From assembly GCA_963668695.2 (NCBI GenBank), contig CAXXLQ010000004.1:1344001-1408000 (forward strand): DNA of 64,000 bases, read 5' to 3'. Below, piece by piece: positions 19,298 to 28,739 of the stretch. How positions within the stretch are numbered: position 1 is the first letter of the stretch; the number at the start of each line of letters is the position of its first letter. This DNA comes from Vicinamibacteria bacterium (lineage in GTDB: Bacteria; Acidobacteriota; Vicinamibacteria; Marinacidobacterales; Marinacidobacteraceae). A program made the translations under genes and the position numbers. Under the pieces are notes generated by a model. It did not search any database, had not been told where the DNA came from, and worked only from the letters and a program-made list of their open reading frames with translations.

Positions 19298-20491
19298 ATG
19301 GAGAACCTCTACGGCCGCTCCCGCGCCGAGCTGGTCCAACTCGCCGAGGATCTCGGTCTCCCGCCCTACCGCGGCCGCCAGCTCTTCCGCCATCTCTACC
19401 TGCACGGTCAGACGGACTTCCAGGAGATGACGGATCTCTCCGCCTCGCTCCGCACCGAACTCGCCGCCCGCTTCCGGGTGACCCATCCCCGGCTGGTCGA
19501 CTCCTCGGAGTCCGGCGACGGCGCGGTGAAGCTGCTCGTGGAACTGGAAGACGGTCTGCTGGTCGAAACGGTGGCGATCGGAAGCCGGCGTGACGCGGCC
19601 GGTGGCAGATCTGGCAGGGCGCAAGGCGCCGGCGGAGATCCTTCCGACCTGACGGTCTGCGTGTCCACCCAGGTCGGCTGCCCCCTCGCCTGCACCTTCT
19701 GCCGCTCCGGCGCGATCGAGTTCCGCCGCAATCTCACGCCCGGCGAGATCGCGGCCCAGGTTCTGATGGCGGAGCGCGCCAACCCCTCCGCCGCAAAGGG
19801 ACGGCGGAACGTCGTCTACATGGGGATGGGGGAGCCCCTCCTCAACACCGACGGGGTGATTGCTTCGCTCGATCTGCTAACGGACCTGGACGGCTTCGGT
19901 ATTCCGCCGCGCCGGATCACGGTGTCCACCGTCGGGCTGCCGGAGGAGATGGGAAAACTGGGGAGCGCCGCCCCGCAGGTCGGAATCGCCATCAGCCTCC
20001 ACGCCGGCGACGACGAGACACGGGAGAAGTTCATGCCGATCGGCCGGCGCCACCGGATGCCCGAGATCTTCGCGGCGCTCGAGAATCTGCCACCTTCGAA
20101 CCGCCGAATCACGATCGAGTACGTGCTCCTCGGCGGTGAAAACGATCGCCCGGAAGACGCCCGCGCGTTGATCCGTCAGCTACAGCGCCTGGTGGCTTCG
20201 AGCATCCGCCCCCACGTAAACCTGATCGCCTTTAACCCGTGGGACGACCCGGCTCCCGGTCCGCCCCATCGGCCGGGGACAGAGGAGGACGCGGAACGCT
20301 TTCTCGGGATGGTTTCAGCCGCGGGCTTCGTTGCCACTCTCCGCCGCAGTCGTGGACGGGACGTTCTGGCCGCCTGCGGCCAACTCGCAGCGACCCCGAT
20401 CCGGGGAGAACGTGCCTCGATCCGAGACCTGCCCCTCTCGCAGAGTGGTGCCACTAGTTCCGATCCGCCTCCGGCCAGTCGCCGTCGATGA
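19298..20491 (+). CDS. rlmN: Dual-specificity RNA methyltransferase RlmN (radical SAM)
   Basis: CVSTQVGCPLACTFC, RNLTPGEI, NVVYMGMGEP, ISLHA, AACGQL. Confidence 0.95.
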   Translation: MENLYGRSRAELVQLAEDLGLPPYRGRQLFRHLYLHGQTDFQEMTDLSASLRTELAARFRVTHPRLVDSSESGDGAVKLLVELEDGLLVETVAIGSRRDAAGGRSGRAQGAGGDPSDLTVCVSTQVGCPLACTFCRSGAIEFRRNLTPGEIAAQVLMAERANPSAAKGRRNVVYMGMGEPLLNTDGVIASLDLLTDLDGFGIPPRRITVSTVGLPEEMGKLGSAAPQVGIAISLHAGDDETREKFMPIGRRHRMPEIFAALENLPPSNRRITIEYVLLGGENDRPEDARALIRQLQRLVASSIRPHVNLIAFNPWDDPAPGPPHRPGTEEDAERFLGMVSAAGFVATLRRSRGRDVLAACGQLAATPIRGERASIRDLPLSQSGATSSDPPPASRRR

Positions 20492-21632
20492 GTTTCGGAA
20501 GCCCATGGACCGGTACTACTGACAGCCGTTCGTCCAGCGTGTACGGGACGTCACCCGGATAGACCACCCAGAGGTGTTCCAGCTGTAGGTCCTCCAGCGC
20601 GATCCGCATCGAGCGCGTCGAACGCGGGGCGTCCGAGTACTTGAACTCGAACCCGTACCGCCGGCCGTGGCGGGTGACCAGCAGGTCCAGTTCCGCACCG
20701 CTGTGAGACCGCCAGAAAAAGGCGTTGCGGGTGTCCAGGCACGAGAGGGCCTGCTCTATCGCAAACCCCTCGAAGGACGCTCCTACTTTGGTGTGTCCCG
20801 CCAGCGTCCGTGCAGTCGTGACTTCGAGCAGCGAGTGGAGGATCCCCGAGTCGCGCACGTAGATCCGGGGCGCGCGGACCTGCCGCTTCTTCAGGTTCTC
20901 GTACCACGCCGGCAGGATGCGCACCATGTAGGCGCCAGCGAGTAGTTCGAGGTAACGCCGTGCGGTGGCTTCGCTGCTCCCCATCGAACGGGCGAATTCG
21001 GCGGAGTTCCAGATCTGGCCGTGGTAGTGAGCCACCATCTCCCAGAAGCGGCGGAGCGCTACGGCGGAGATGTTGAAGCCGAGTTGCGGCACGTCGCGCT
21101 CCAGAAAGGTTCTCACCTGGTTCTCGCGCCAGCGTGCCGAACCCGCATCGTTAGGGGCCAAGTAGCTGGGGGGCAGGCCGCCCCGAAGCCATAGCCGGCG
21201 CCAATCCGCAGGGGCCTCGGCCACGTCGTCGAGATCGAATCCACCGAGGTCCACGAATCCGACGCGACCGGCGAGGCTCTCGGATACACCCCGAACCACG
21301 GTCGGGGAAGCGCTGCCGAGCAGCAGCCAGCGCGTTTCCGACCCGGGCCGGTCCATCAGCGGACGAAGGGTGGTGAACAGGCCCGGCATCCGCTGGATCT
21401 CGTCAATCACCACGAGGCCGGTCAGCGGCGCCAGGGTCGTCTCGGCCGCTTCCAGACTGCGGCGGTCCACCGCGCGCTCGAGGTCGAAATAGGTGTGGTC
21501 CGGCTCCGCGGCGATGAACGCTCGCGCCAGTGTGGTCTTGCCGCACTGGCGGGGACCGAGCAGCGCGACTCCGCGATGGAGGGCGAAGGTCTCCCGGACG
21601 CGGCGGAGCGGGCGGCGGCGCTCAACGATCAT
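20454..21632 (-). CDS. AAA family ATPase (AAA_14 + DUF4143 type) with C-terminal PD-(D/E)xK-like motif
   Basis: GPRQCGKTT, IDEIQR, LLGSAS, ESLAGR, RGGLP, IYVRDSG, ELDLL...FEFK. Confidence 0.9.
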   Translation of the reverse strand: MIVERRRPLRRVRETFALHRGVALLGPRQCGKTTLARAFIAAEPDHTYFDLERAVDRRSLEAAETTLAPLTGLVVIDEIQRMPGLFTTLRPLMDRPGSETRWLLLGSASPTVVRGVSESLAGRVGFVDLGGFDLDDVAEAPADWRRLWLRGGLPPSYLAPNDAGSARWRENQVRTFLERDVPQLGFNISAVALRRFWEMVAHYHGQIWNSAEFARSMGSSEATARRYLELLAGAYMVRILPAWYENLKKRQVRAPRIYVRDSGILHSLLEVTTARTLAGHTKVGASFEGFAIEQALSCLDTRNAFFWRSHSGAELDLLVTRHGRRYGFEFKYSDAPRSTRSMRIALEDLQLEHLWVVYPGDVPYTLDERLSVVPVHGLPKLIDGDWPEADRN

Positions 21633-21727
21633 GAGTTGTTATTCCTGAAAATCAGTATATTCCATGGCGGATCTTCAGGGTTATTGCCGCGGGGTAACCC
21701 TCGCGTTTCGCCCGCCTCCGGCGGGTA

Positions 21728-21899
21728 TGCCGACCTGGGGGTCGGCGGTCCAAGCCGTACCCGCGCTCTTCCTCGGTCGGTAGTACGTGGTTTCGCGAGC
21801 CTGCGGCTCGCGGTGCCGGTCTGAACACCGGCGTTCCCAGCCTGCGCGCCACGATCCCGGCCGGAAGGCCCCCACCGGGAGAACTGGCCGGCGGGCCCT
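21728..21899 (-). repeat. REP-like cluster (three copies, one with an 18-bp insert)
   Basis: Reverse-strand copies at ~21728-21752, 21814-21838 and 21857-21899 (insert at 21870-21887). Confidence 0.72.
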
Positions 21900-21916
21900 G
21901 GCCTCCGCGCCCCCCG

Positions 21917-22423
21917 TCAGTCTTCGGCTTCGAGTTCGTCCGACGCGGCTTCGGCGGCGGCCGCCTTGGCGCGGCGCCAGGTGTTGATGTTCTCGGCGAC
22001 CGCGGGATCGCTGAGCGCCACGATCTGCGCTGCGAAATGGGCAGCGTTTTGGGCGCCCGCTTTTCCGACCGCGACGGTTCCCACCGGGAACCCCGGAGGC
22101 ATCTGGACGGTGGCAAGCAATGCGTCGAGCCCGCTGAGCGACGCTGCCAGTGGAACGCCGATCACCGGGAGGATGGTCCGTGCAGCCATCGCCCCCGCGA
22201 GATGGGCGGCCATGCCGGCCCCGGCAATGATCGCTACAACTCCGTTGTCGCGGGCGCTCTCTGCGAGGCGTGCGGCGCGTTCCGGCGTGCGGTGGGCGGA
22301 ATAGATGCCCATCCGGCAGGAGACGCCCAATGACTGCAGAACCTTCTTGGCCTCGCGCATGACCTCGGTGTCCGAGGGGCTGCCCATCACGATGAGGACC
22401 TTGGGGTTGGTGGCGGAACTCAT
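21917..22423 (-). CDS. purE: N5-carboxyaminoimidazole ribonucleotide mutase
   Basis: MGSPSD, SAHRTP, AGMAAHLAG, PVIGVP, VQMPPGFPV. Confidence 0.97.
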   Translation of the reverse strand: MSSATNPKVLIVMGSPSDTEVMREAKKVLQSLGVSCRMGIYSAHRTPERAARLAESARDNGVVAIIAGAGMAAHLAGAMAARTILPVIGVPLAASLSGLDALLATVQMPPGFPVGTVAVGKAGAQNAAHFAAQIVALSDPAVAENINTWRRAKAAAAEAASDELEAED

Positions 22424-22438
22424 GTTGACTCCTTCTAA

Positions 22439-22617
22439 CAGTCTGTGGTGGAACTCGCGTGAGCGCCGAGAGTGGCGAGGCGCCCGGCTGACAAGGCGCG
22501 CGAGGGAGGAATACCGAGTGTATTTCGACCGAAGCGCAACGCAGAGCGCCGCAAAGCGGCGCGGTTCAGCCGGGATGCATCGCCGCTCGAACGCCGCGTG
22601 AGTTTCACCACAGGCTG
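22439..22617. mobile_element. MITE-like element copy 2 (no inserts; reference 'empty' copy)
   Basis: cagtctgtggtggaact...agtttcaccacaggctg, flanked by TAA/TTA; right end abuts the purD stop. Confidence 0.85.
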
Positions 22618-23889
22618 TTAAGTGCCGATGGCTGCAATGTCCCGGCGGTATGCCTTCTTTTCCCAGGTGATCGAATCGGCGCAGCGATAGGCGGTGCTTC
22701 GCGCGCTCCCCCAGTCCGCGCCCAGTCCCGTGACCGCGATCACCCGCCCGCCCGCGGTCTCGATCCCGTCCGCGCCGACGCGCGTCCCGGCGTGGAACAC
22801 GTAGGCCGAACCGTCCGTCTCGACCGCATCAGGCAGCCCTTCGATCGGAACGCCCTTCTGGTAGGCCCCCGGATATCCGTCCGAGGCGAGGATCACGGTG
22901 ACGGCGCGTTCGGGCCGGAAACGCACCTTATCCCCGGGGAGACGGCCGTTGGCGGCCCCGAAGAGGAACGGGAGCAGGTCGCAGTCCAGTTGCGGCATGA
23001 GGGTTTGCGCCTCGGGATCGCCGAACCGGACGTTGAACTCCAGCACCTTGGGACCATCGGGCGTGAGCATCAGGCCCGCGTAGAGCACGCCCCGATACTC
23101 GCGCCCCTCGGCGCGCAGTCCCGCGATGGTTGGCTCCACGATCTCCTGACGCACCCGCACCATGGTCGCATCGTCGGCGCCGAGCCCCGGGCTCAGGCTC
23201 CCCATGCCACCGGTGTTCGGACCCTGGTCGTTCTCGAAGCGGCGCTTGTAGTCCTGGGCCGTACCGCAGGCAACGACCCGGGTCCCGTCGCTGATGGCGA
23301 AGACGCTCAACTCCGGGCCCTCGAGCCGTTCCTCGATGACAACGGCCTTGCCCGCCTCGCCGAATCGCCCTTCAAGCAACGACGCCGCGTCGCGTTCGGC
23401 AGCCTCCAGGTCCCCTGGAAGAAAGACGCCTTTCCCCGCGGCGAGTCCGCTCGCCTTGACCACCGGCTGCCGGCCGTATTTCCCGGAGCGAAGCGCTCTC
23501 CGCGCCGAATCCGCGTCGCGGACCACCGTGTGGCGGGCCGTCGGAATCCCGTGACGGTTGCAGAAGTCCTTCGAGAACTCCTTGGATGCCTCGAGGAGCG
23601 CGGCATTTTGCCGGGGCCCGAAGCACGGGATATCCCGCTCGGCGAGCCGGTCGGCGAGCCCCGCGGCCAGCGGCGCCTCCGGTCCGGCGACCACCAGATC
23701 CACGCCCTCCGCGGACGCGAGATCCGCCAACTCCGCGACATCCTCCGCTCCTACCGGAGCGAGCCGGGCCAGCCGGCCGATCCCGGGGTTCCCGGGAGCA
23801 GCGATCAGCTCCGTTAACTCAGGACTCCGCGAAATCACCCACGCCAGCGCGTGTTCGCGGCCGCCGCCGCCGACCAGCAGAACCCGCAC
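22618..23889 (-). CDS. purD: Phosphoribosylamine--glycine ligase
   Basis: GGGGREHAL, PGNPG, GPEAPL, KASGLAAGKGV, GPNTGGMG, EFNVRFGDPE. Confidence 0.97.
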   Translation of the reverse strand: MRVLLVGGGGREHALAWVISRSPELTELIAAPGNPGIGRLARLAPVGAEDVAELADLASAEGVDLVVAGPEAPLAAGLADRLAERDIPCFGPRQNAALLEASKEFSKDFCNRHGIPTARHTVVRDADSARRALRSGKYGRQPVVKASGLAAGKGVFLPGDLEAAERDAASLLEGRFGEAGKAVVIEERLEGPELSVFAISDGTRVVACGTAQDYKRRFENDQGPNTGGMGSLSPGLGADDATMVRVRQEIVEPTIAGLRAEGREYRGVLYAGLMLTPDGPKVLEFNVRFGDPEAQTLMPQLDCDLLPFLFGAANGRLPGDKVRFRPERAVTVILASDGYPGAYQKGVPIEGLPDAVETDGSAYVFHAGTRVGADGIETAGGRVIAVTGLGADWGSARSTAYRCADSITWEKKAYRRDIAAIGT

Positions 23890-23901
23890 AGCGGCGTGCT
23901 G

Positions 23902-24105
23902 CTAGGTGGGGCGGGGGGTACGACGCCGACGCTTGCGAGCCCGCTTGCGTGCCGCGGCCCGTTTGGCGCGCAGCTTGTCGCCGGGCTTCACATAGAAGGA
24001 GTGGCGCTTGATTTCCTTGATGATGTCTTCGGCCTGAACCCGCCGCTTGAAGCGACGGAGCGCCACATCAATCGCTTCGCCTTCCTGGACGACAATTTCC
24101 GCCAA
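23902..24105 (-). CDS. rpsU: 30S ribosomal protein S21
   Basis: EGEAIDVALRRFKR, KRHSFYVKPG; TTG start. Confidence 0.95.
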   Translation of the reverse strand: MAEIVVQEGEAIDVALRRFKRRVQAEDIIKEIKRHSFYVKPGDKLRAKRAAARKRARKRRRRTPRPT

Positions 24106-24246
24106 GAGATTCTCTATGTGACTTCCGCTAGTGCTTTATGAAAAGGGTAAACCCCGGGCCACTGTGGCCCGGGGAGGAGCGGGAACGCTATTCCCCGCGG
24201 CCCTCCATGTCAAGGAGGGCCGCCGAGCCCGGGATGCGAGGCCGCG

Positions 24247-25911
24247 TCAGGGCGAGTCGTCCAGGAGCCCGGCGTACGAATAGAGCACGGTCGCCACCGA
24301 CTTCTCGCCGCCGGCCATCCCGTACACCTCGCCCGCCCCCTCGATGACCCAGAACTCGTTGGCCGCATGGGCGCCGCCGCCGTGTCCGACGGCTCCGCCC
24401 ACGATCGGCATCGCGAGGTCCGTCCCGTCGGGAAGCGAACCATCCCGGCCGCTGAACAGGTAGGCCGGCCAGTAGCCGCCACCCAGGATGGAGTCTTCCG
24501 CGATCGGGTCGCGGTAGCGAACTCCGAAGATGTCGAACATCTGGGTGACCGACTCCGCCAGCGGGTTGTTGTAGTTGCTCTTCGACCAGGGCACATCCCC
24601 GATGATCGTCATCTCGACATCCTCATAGCCCTGCGCGTCGAGGTAGTCGCGGATCTTCTGGACCATATCCAGCCCGTCCATGGTCGGGACGTAGCGAATG
24701 TTGTGTTTCGACGTGACCCGGTTCGGCAGGATCGCGCCAGCGCCGCCGGGATACATGTTGCCGGACCAGATGCCGTCCATGTTGAAGGAGATTCCGTAGC
24801 GGGCGTTCATCAGGTGCTGTAGCGGATCGTCCGTCATGAAGCGGGCTACCCCGAGGTTCTCGGCGGCAATCGCCAGATCGAGGTTCTCTGCCGAAGTGCG
24901 GAACATCTCCTCCTCCGCCGGCGAGAGTGGTGCGGCCCCGTCGTAGAAGCCGGGTACCAGAACCCGGTTCCCGTCGTCGGTGATCAGGGTGTCCAGCATT
25001 TTCATGTGGCGAAGGAGGGGGGCATCCGTCGATCGTTTGTGGATGCCGTGGATGTTCGACGCGACCGGTCCACGCCCCCAGCTCTCACCGCTGGTGGTCA
25101 GCTCGATGTAAACGCAGCCCTCGGATCCTCCGGAAAAGCCTGCCGCCCCGCTACGCGCCTGGCGGCCGGTGCGGTACATCGCCTCGGCGTCGCGGAAGAG
25201 TTCCGGGTTCTCCCGGACGAACTGGCGGAGGCCGATGGACATCCGCTCCTCGTCGCCTTCCGCGATGAAGATCAGGTTCACCGGCATGGACCCGGTCACT
25301 TCGTAAATGGAGTGCAAACCGTTCCACATGGTCATCTGGGGACCCTTGGAGTTCGTGGTGCCCCGTCCGATCATCACCTTCTTGAAGGGGCCGAACTCGG
25401 TGAACTCGCCATCGAACGGCGGGAAGACCCAGGCCTCCGGCTGGGTGATCGGCATGGTGTCGTACATCCAATAGATGAGCAGGGTCTGCTCCCTGCCGTA
25501 GTCGCAGTTGGCGTACACCACCGGGTTGCCGGGCTGCCCCCACTCGGTCATCGGGACCTCGTACACCTGTGAGTGCTGGCAGCCGAGCTGGTCGAAAAAG
25601 CCCTTCACCATCTGGGCGGATTCGGGGATCCCCTCGCCGGAGTTGGAGATGCTCGGCTGCTGGATCCAGCGGCGGAGGTTCATCGTGTGCCGGTCCACGT
25701 TGTCGTCGATGTGCTGGAACACCTGCTGGAGTTCCTCGGGAATCCGGGACATGTCCGGACTCAACTCGGTATCCCCCTGAGGCCGGACTCCGAGTTCCGT
25801 GGTGGTCGGGGCGGGCTCCGCATCCATATCGGGGCCGCCGCCGCAGTCAGTCAGCAGGAGTCCTGCCATCAGCAACGGGAACAAGGTCCAGACTCTCCGG
25901 TTACGCATCAT
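24247..25911 (-). CDS. M20/M25/M40-family metallohydrolase lipoprotein, paralogue 1
   Basis: Lipobox-like LLTDC; QPSISNSGEG, YWMYDTMP, GRGTTNSKGP, EGDEE, HAANE; GGAGG RBS before MMRNRR. Confidence 0.85.
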   Translation of the reverse strand: MMRNRRVWTLFPLLMAGLLLTDCGGGPDMDAEPAPTTTELGVRPQGDTELSPDMSRIPEELQQVFQHIDDNVDRHTMNLRRWIQQPSISNSGEGIPESAQMVKGFFDQLGCQHSQVYEVPMTEWGQPGNPVVYANCDYGREQTLLIYWMYDTMPITQPEAWVFPPFDGEFTEFGPFKKVMIGRGTTNSKGPQMTMWNGLHSIYEVTGSMPVNLIFIAEGDEERMSIGLRQFVRENPELFRDAEAMYRTGRQARSGAAGFSGGSEGCVYIELTTSGESWGRGPVASNIHGIHKRSTDAPLLRHMKMLDTLITDDGNRVLVPGFYDGAAPLSPAEEEMFRTSAENLDLAIAAENLGVARFMTDDPLQHLMNARYGISFNMDGIWSGNMYPGGAGAILPNRVTSKHNIRYVPTMDGLDMVQKIRDYLDAQGYEDVEMTIIGDVPWSKSNYNNPLAESVTQMFDIFGVRYRDPIAEDSILGGGYWPAYLFSGRDGSLPDGTDLAMPIVGGAVGHGGGAHAANEFWVIEGAGEVYGMAGGEKSVATVLYSYAGLLDDSP

Positions 25912-25974
25912 CTTCGTCTCCTCCGCCGTCGCCCGGGCCGTTGGCGCACCAACCCCGTCGGGACAGCACTTCGG

Positions 25975-26004
25975 AACATACGCGCGCGGCTCGGGGGCTG
26001 TCAA
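25975..26004 (-). promoter_or_regulatory. Sigma70-type promoter of M20 paralogue 1
   Basis: TTGACA-N18-TATGTT; same architecture upstream of all three paralogues. Confidence 0.65.
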
Positions 26005-26033
26005 AGGGAGGCTCCGGGAGGGTCGGCTGAACG

Positions 26034-27014
26034 CTACGACGACGCTCGATTCCGTGCCGCCCGCGCCGTCAGCCGTGCCAGTCGGATGATGTCCGGGACG
26101 CTCGCCCCTCGCGAGAGATCGTTCACGGGGGCCGCGAGCCCCTGGAGGATCGGTCCCGTTGCGGTGGCTCCCGCGAGCCGCTCGACAAGCTTGTAGGCAA
26201 TGTTCCCGGAGGCCAGGTCGGGGAAGATGAGTACGTTCGCCCGCCCCGCTACCGGACTCCCGGGCGCCTTGCTCTCCGCTACCGAGCGGACCAGAGCCGC
26301 GTCCACTTGAAGCTCGCCGTCCACGGCCAGGTCGGGGCGGAGTTCCTGGACCCGCTCCGCCGCATCCGCCATCCGCCGTGCGTCCGGGTCATCGGCGCTG
26401 CCCTTCGTCGAAAACGACAAGAAGGCCAGGCGGGGCTCCATTTCGAGCAGTTCCCGCGCGGTCTCCGCGGACAAGAGCGCAATCTCCACCAGCTCCGACA
26501 GGTCGGGCCGCGGAATCACGGCGCCGTCCGCAAACAGCAGAGGGGGACGACCGTCGGGGAATTCCATCACGAAGGCCCCCGATACGCGGGAGACGCCCGG
26601 CCGGGTTCCCACGGCGAGCAGTCCCGCGCGGATCACGTCAGCGGTGGTCGTGGCCGCGCCCGCCACCGAGCCGTGCGCCTCCCCGGCGGCCACCAGCAGA
26701 TTGGCGAATACCAGGGGGTTCTGCGCAGCCTTCAGAGCATCGGACATCGCCATCCCCCGGTCGCGGCGCCGGGACCAGAGCAGATCGGCAGCACGCCGCA
26801 GGGCGGCGCCCCGGGGCTCCACGATCCGGAGCGCGGAGAGTTCCCCGGCGGATATTCCTTTCTCACCCGGGCCGCCTTGACCCGGAGTTGGGTGGCCGAC
26901 GAGCAGCGGTTCCACGTCCGTGTCCCGTCCCAGACGGACCGCCGCCTCGATCACGCGTGGATCGCCCGATTCCGGGAAAACGATCGTCGCTCGCTTTGCC
27001 CGCTGCCGCGTCAA
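26034..27014 (-). CDS. pta: Phosphate acetyltransferase (short PTA/PTB type)
   Basis: [65 protein letters not shown]. Confidence 0.88.
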   Translation of the reverse strand: MTRQRAKRATIVFPESGDPRVIEAAVRLGRDTDVEPLLVGHPTPGQGGPGEKGISAGELSALRIVEPRGAALRRAADLLWSRRRDRGMAMSDALKAAQNPLVFANLLVAAGEAHGSVAGAATTTADVIRAGLLAVGTRPGVSRVSGAFVMEFPDGRPPLLFADGAVIPRPDLSELVEIALLSAETARELLEMEPRLAFLSFSTKGSADDPDARRMADAAERVQELRPDLAVDGELQVDAALVRSVAESKAPGSPVAGRANVLIFPDLASGNIAYKLVERLAGATATGPILQGLAAPVNDLSRGASVPDIIRLARLTARAARNRASS

Positions 27015-27249
27015 AATGATGGTCCGAGTAGGTCGAACACGATAGGATACCGGTGATAGTGACGCTCGCAGTACTCAGGCTCTGCCACCCCGGAGAAGGG
27101 AGACGCGGCAGGCTTCGGAACGAGCGTCGGGACGGTTTCTGCTAGAGACCCGAATCCGGTCGAATCGGTGATTCGTCAGCGCCAAACGAAGGCGCTCTTG
27201 ACAAGGGGACGGCGGCAACCACAGAAGACCCGAAAGAGGGAGGAAGCAA

Positions 27250-27585
27250 ATGCAAATAACGGAACGTAGCAACAACGGTGTCACTGTGCTGGATCTGAAC
27301 GGCAAGATCCTGCTCGGCGAGGGCGACGATGTCGTCCGGGACCAAGTGCGTGGCGTGATCGCGGCCGGCGGCCGCAAGCTTCTGCTGAATCTGGCGAATG
27401 TCCCCTACGTGGACAGCGCCGGGCTCGGCGAACTGGTCCGCTGCCACACGCGTATGGTGCAGGCCGGGGGAAGCGTCAAGCTGCTCAACCTGACGGCCCG
27501 CCTGCAGGATCTGCTTCAGATCACGAAGCTGGTCACCGTATTCGAAACCTTCGAGTCGGAAGACTCCGCAGTCGGGAGCTTCTGA
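27250..27585 (+). CDS. STAS-domain anti-sigma factor antagonist
   Basis: VPYVDSAGLGEL (phospho-Ser motif), LLQITKL; GGAGG RBS. Confidence 0.93.
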   Translation: MQITERSNNGVTVLDLNGKILLGEGDDVVRDQVRGVIAAGGRKLLLNLANVPYVDSAGLGELVRCHTRMVQAGGSVKLLNLTARLQDLLQITKLVTVFETFESEDSAVGSF

Positions 27586-27618
27586 GGGGCGACGCGGGAG
27601 GCTTTCGCGCAGGTGAGA

Positions 27619-27648
27619 GGACGGCCGATCTCTACGGCCGTTTCCTTC
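27619..27648 (+). terminator. Putative intrinsic terminator after the STAS gene
   Basis: acggccg...cggccgt hairpin followed by ttccttct. Confidence 0.45.
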
Positions 27649-27892
27649 TGAAATCGCCTGACGGGGCCTGCCCGCGCGCTCCGGCTCTTCGTATGCGCTG
27701 CTCCTGGCAGCGTCATCGTGGAAGGGATCGGCTTCTGGTGAAGGTAAGCGTGCGACGCCACTTGGTTCTCGGGTGAGTTATGCCCGAGGCATCCCCGACC
27801 GACTTCCGGTCGGGGATCCTGTACCGCCGAATCTGCTGATTCCCTCTGCGCTCAACAAAGTCCCGCCACTCGGGCGGGCGCGAAGGAGACAC

Positions 27893-28738
27893 ATGGCGAT
27901 TTCCATGGCCAACGAAAACGAAACAGCCGGAAAGGGGGCCTCCGAGAAGGTCCTGTCCGGCGCCAAACCCGATGTTGAAAAGATCATGGGCGACATCCGC
28001 AGAGTTGCCCGCGAACGGACGGAAGAGGGGACGAAGAGCGAACGCGACTTCAAGGCGGACGTGAAGAAACGGATGCTGATGCCGTTGAGTTCGCGCGGCT
28101 TCACCGAGGAGTTCGCGGAGCGGATCCGTTCCCGCGATACCGCCCGCTGGAACATCCAGCTGACGAAAAAGGCGTTTCGCGGATCCTCCTTCGCGCTGGT
28201 GAGGATCCTGCGCTGGTTCTTGACGCCCCTCACCCGCTTGCTCGTCAACCTTCAACCCGCCGTGGAACAGGCTGCCCGGCAGGCCGAGATCAACGAGTAC
28301 CACCGCCGGCTCCTGTGGGCGACGAATCGGGACCTTGAACTCACGCGTCTCGAAATCAATCTGATCAAATCCGAACTCCGCCGGCTTGGAGTCAACGCCG
28401 AGTTCTCCTTCAGTCCGGGATCAGCGAGCGCCGACGCGCCGCAGCGGAGTGGCCAGTCCGGACGCGGGCGGTCTGACAGCCGGGGTGGCCGTTCGGATCG
28501 GGGCCGTGGCGACCGGCGCCGGAGTGATGCCGGGCGTTCGGATCGGGACGGCGGTCGTCGGGACCGGGACAGCGGTCGTCGGGACCGGGACAGCGGTCGT
28601 CGGGACCGGCAAGGCTCCGGGCAGGGGTCCCGCCAGACGGGAGATCAGCCCGCCCGTCAGACCTCGCAACAGGGAACTCGCCCGAATCGCAGCGGGAGCC
28701 GCCGACCTACGAATGGCGGCGCCTCGGGAGACAAGTGA
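27893..28738 (+). CDS. Hypothetical protein: helical/coiled-coil N-part and Arg/Gly/Asp low-complexity tail
   Basis: AAGGAG RBS before ATG 27893; PDVEKIMGDIRR motif; adjoins the downstream glycosyltransferase. Confidence 0.75.
   Translation: MAISMANENETAGKGASEKVLSGAKPDVEKIMGDIRRVARERTEEGTKSERDFKADVKKRMLMPLSSRGFTEEFAERIRSRDTARWNIQLTKKAFRGSSFALVRILRWFLTPLTRLLVNLQPAVEQAARQAEINEYHRRLLWATNRDLELTRLEINLIKSELRRLGVNAEFSFSPGSASADAPQRSGQSGRGRSDSRGGRSDRGRGDRRRSDAGRSDRDGGRRDRDSGRRDRDSGRRDRQGSGQGSRQTGDQPARQTSQQGTRPNRSGSRRPTNGGASGDK
28551..28609 (+). repeat. 21-bp tandem repeat (~2.8 copies) encoding GRRDRDS
   Basis: gcggtcgtcgggaccgggaca repeated. Confidence 0.9.
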
Positions 28739-28739
28739 A

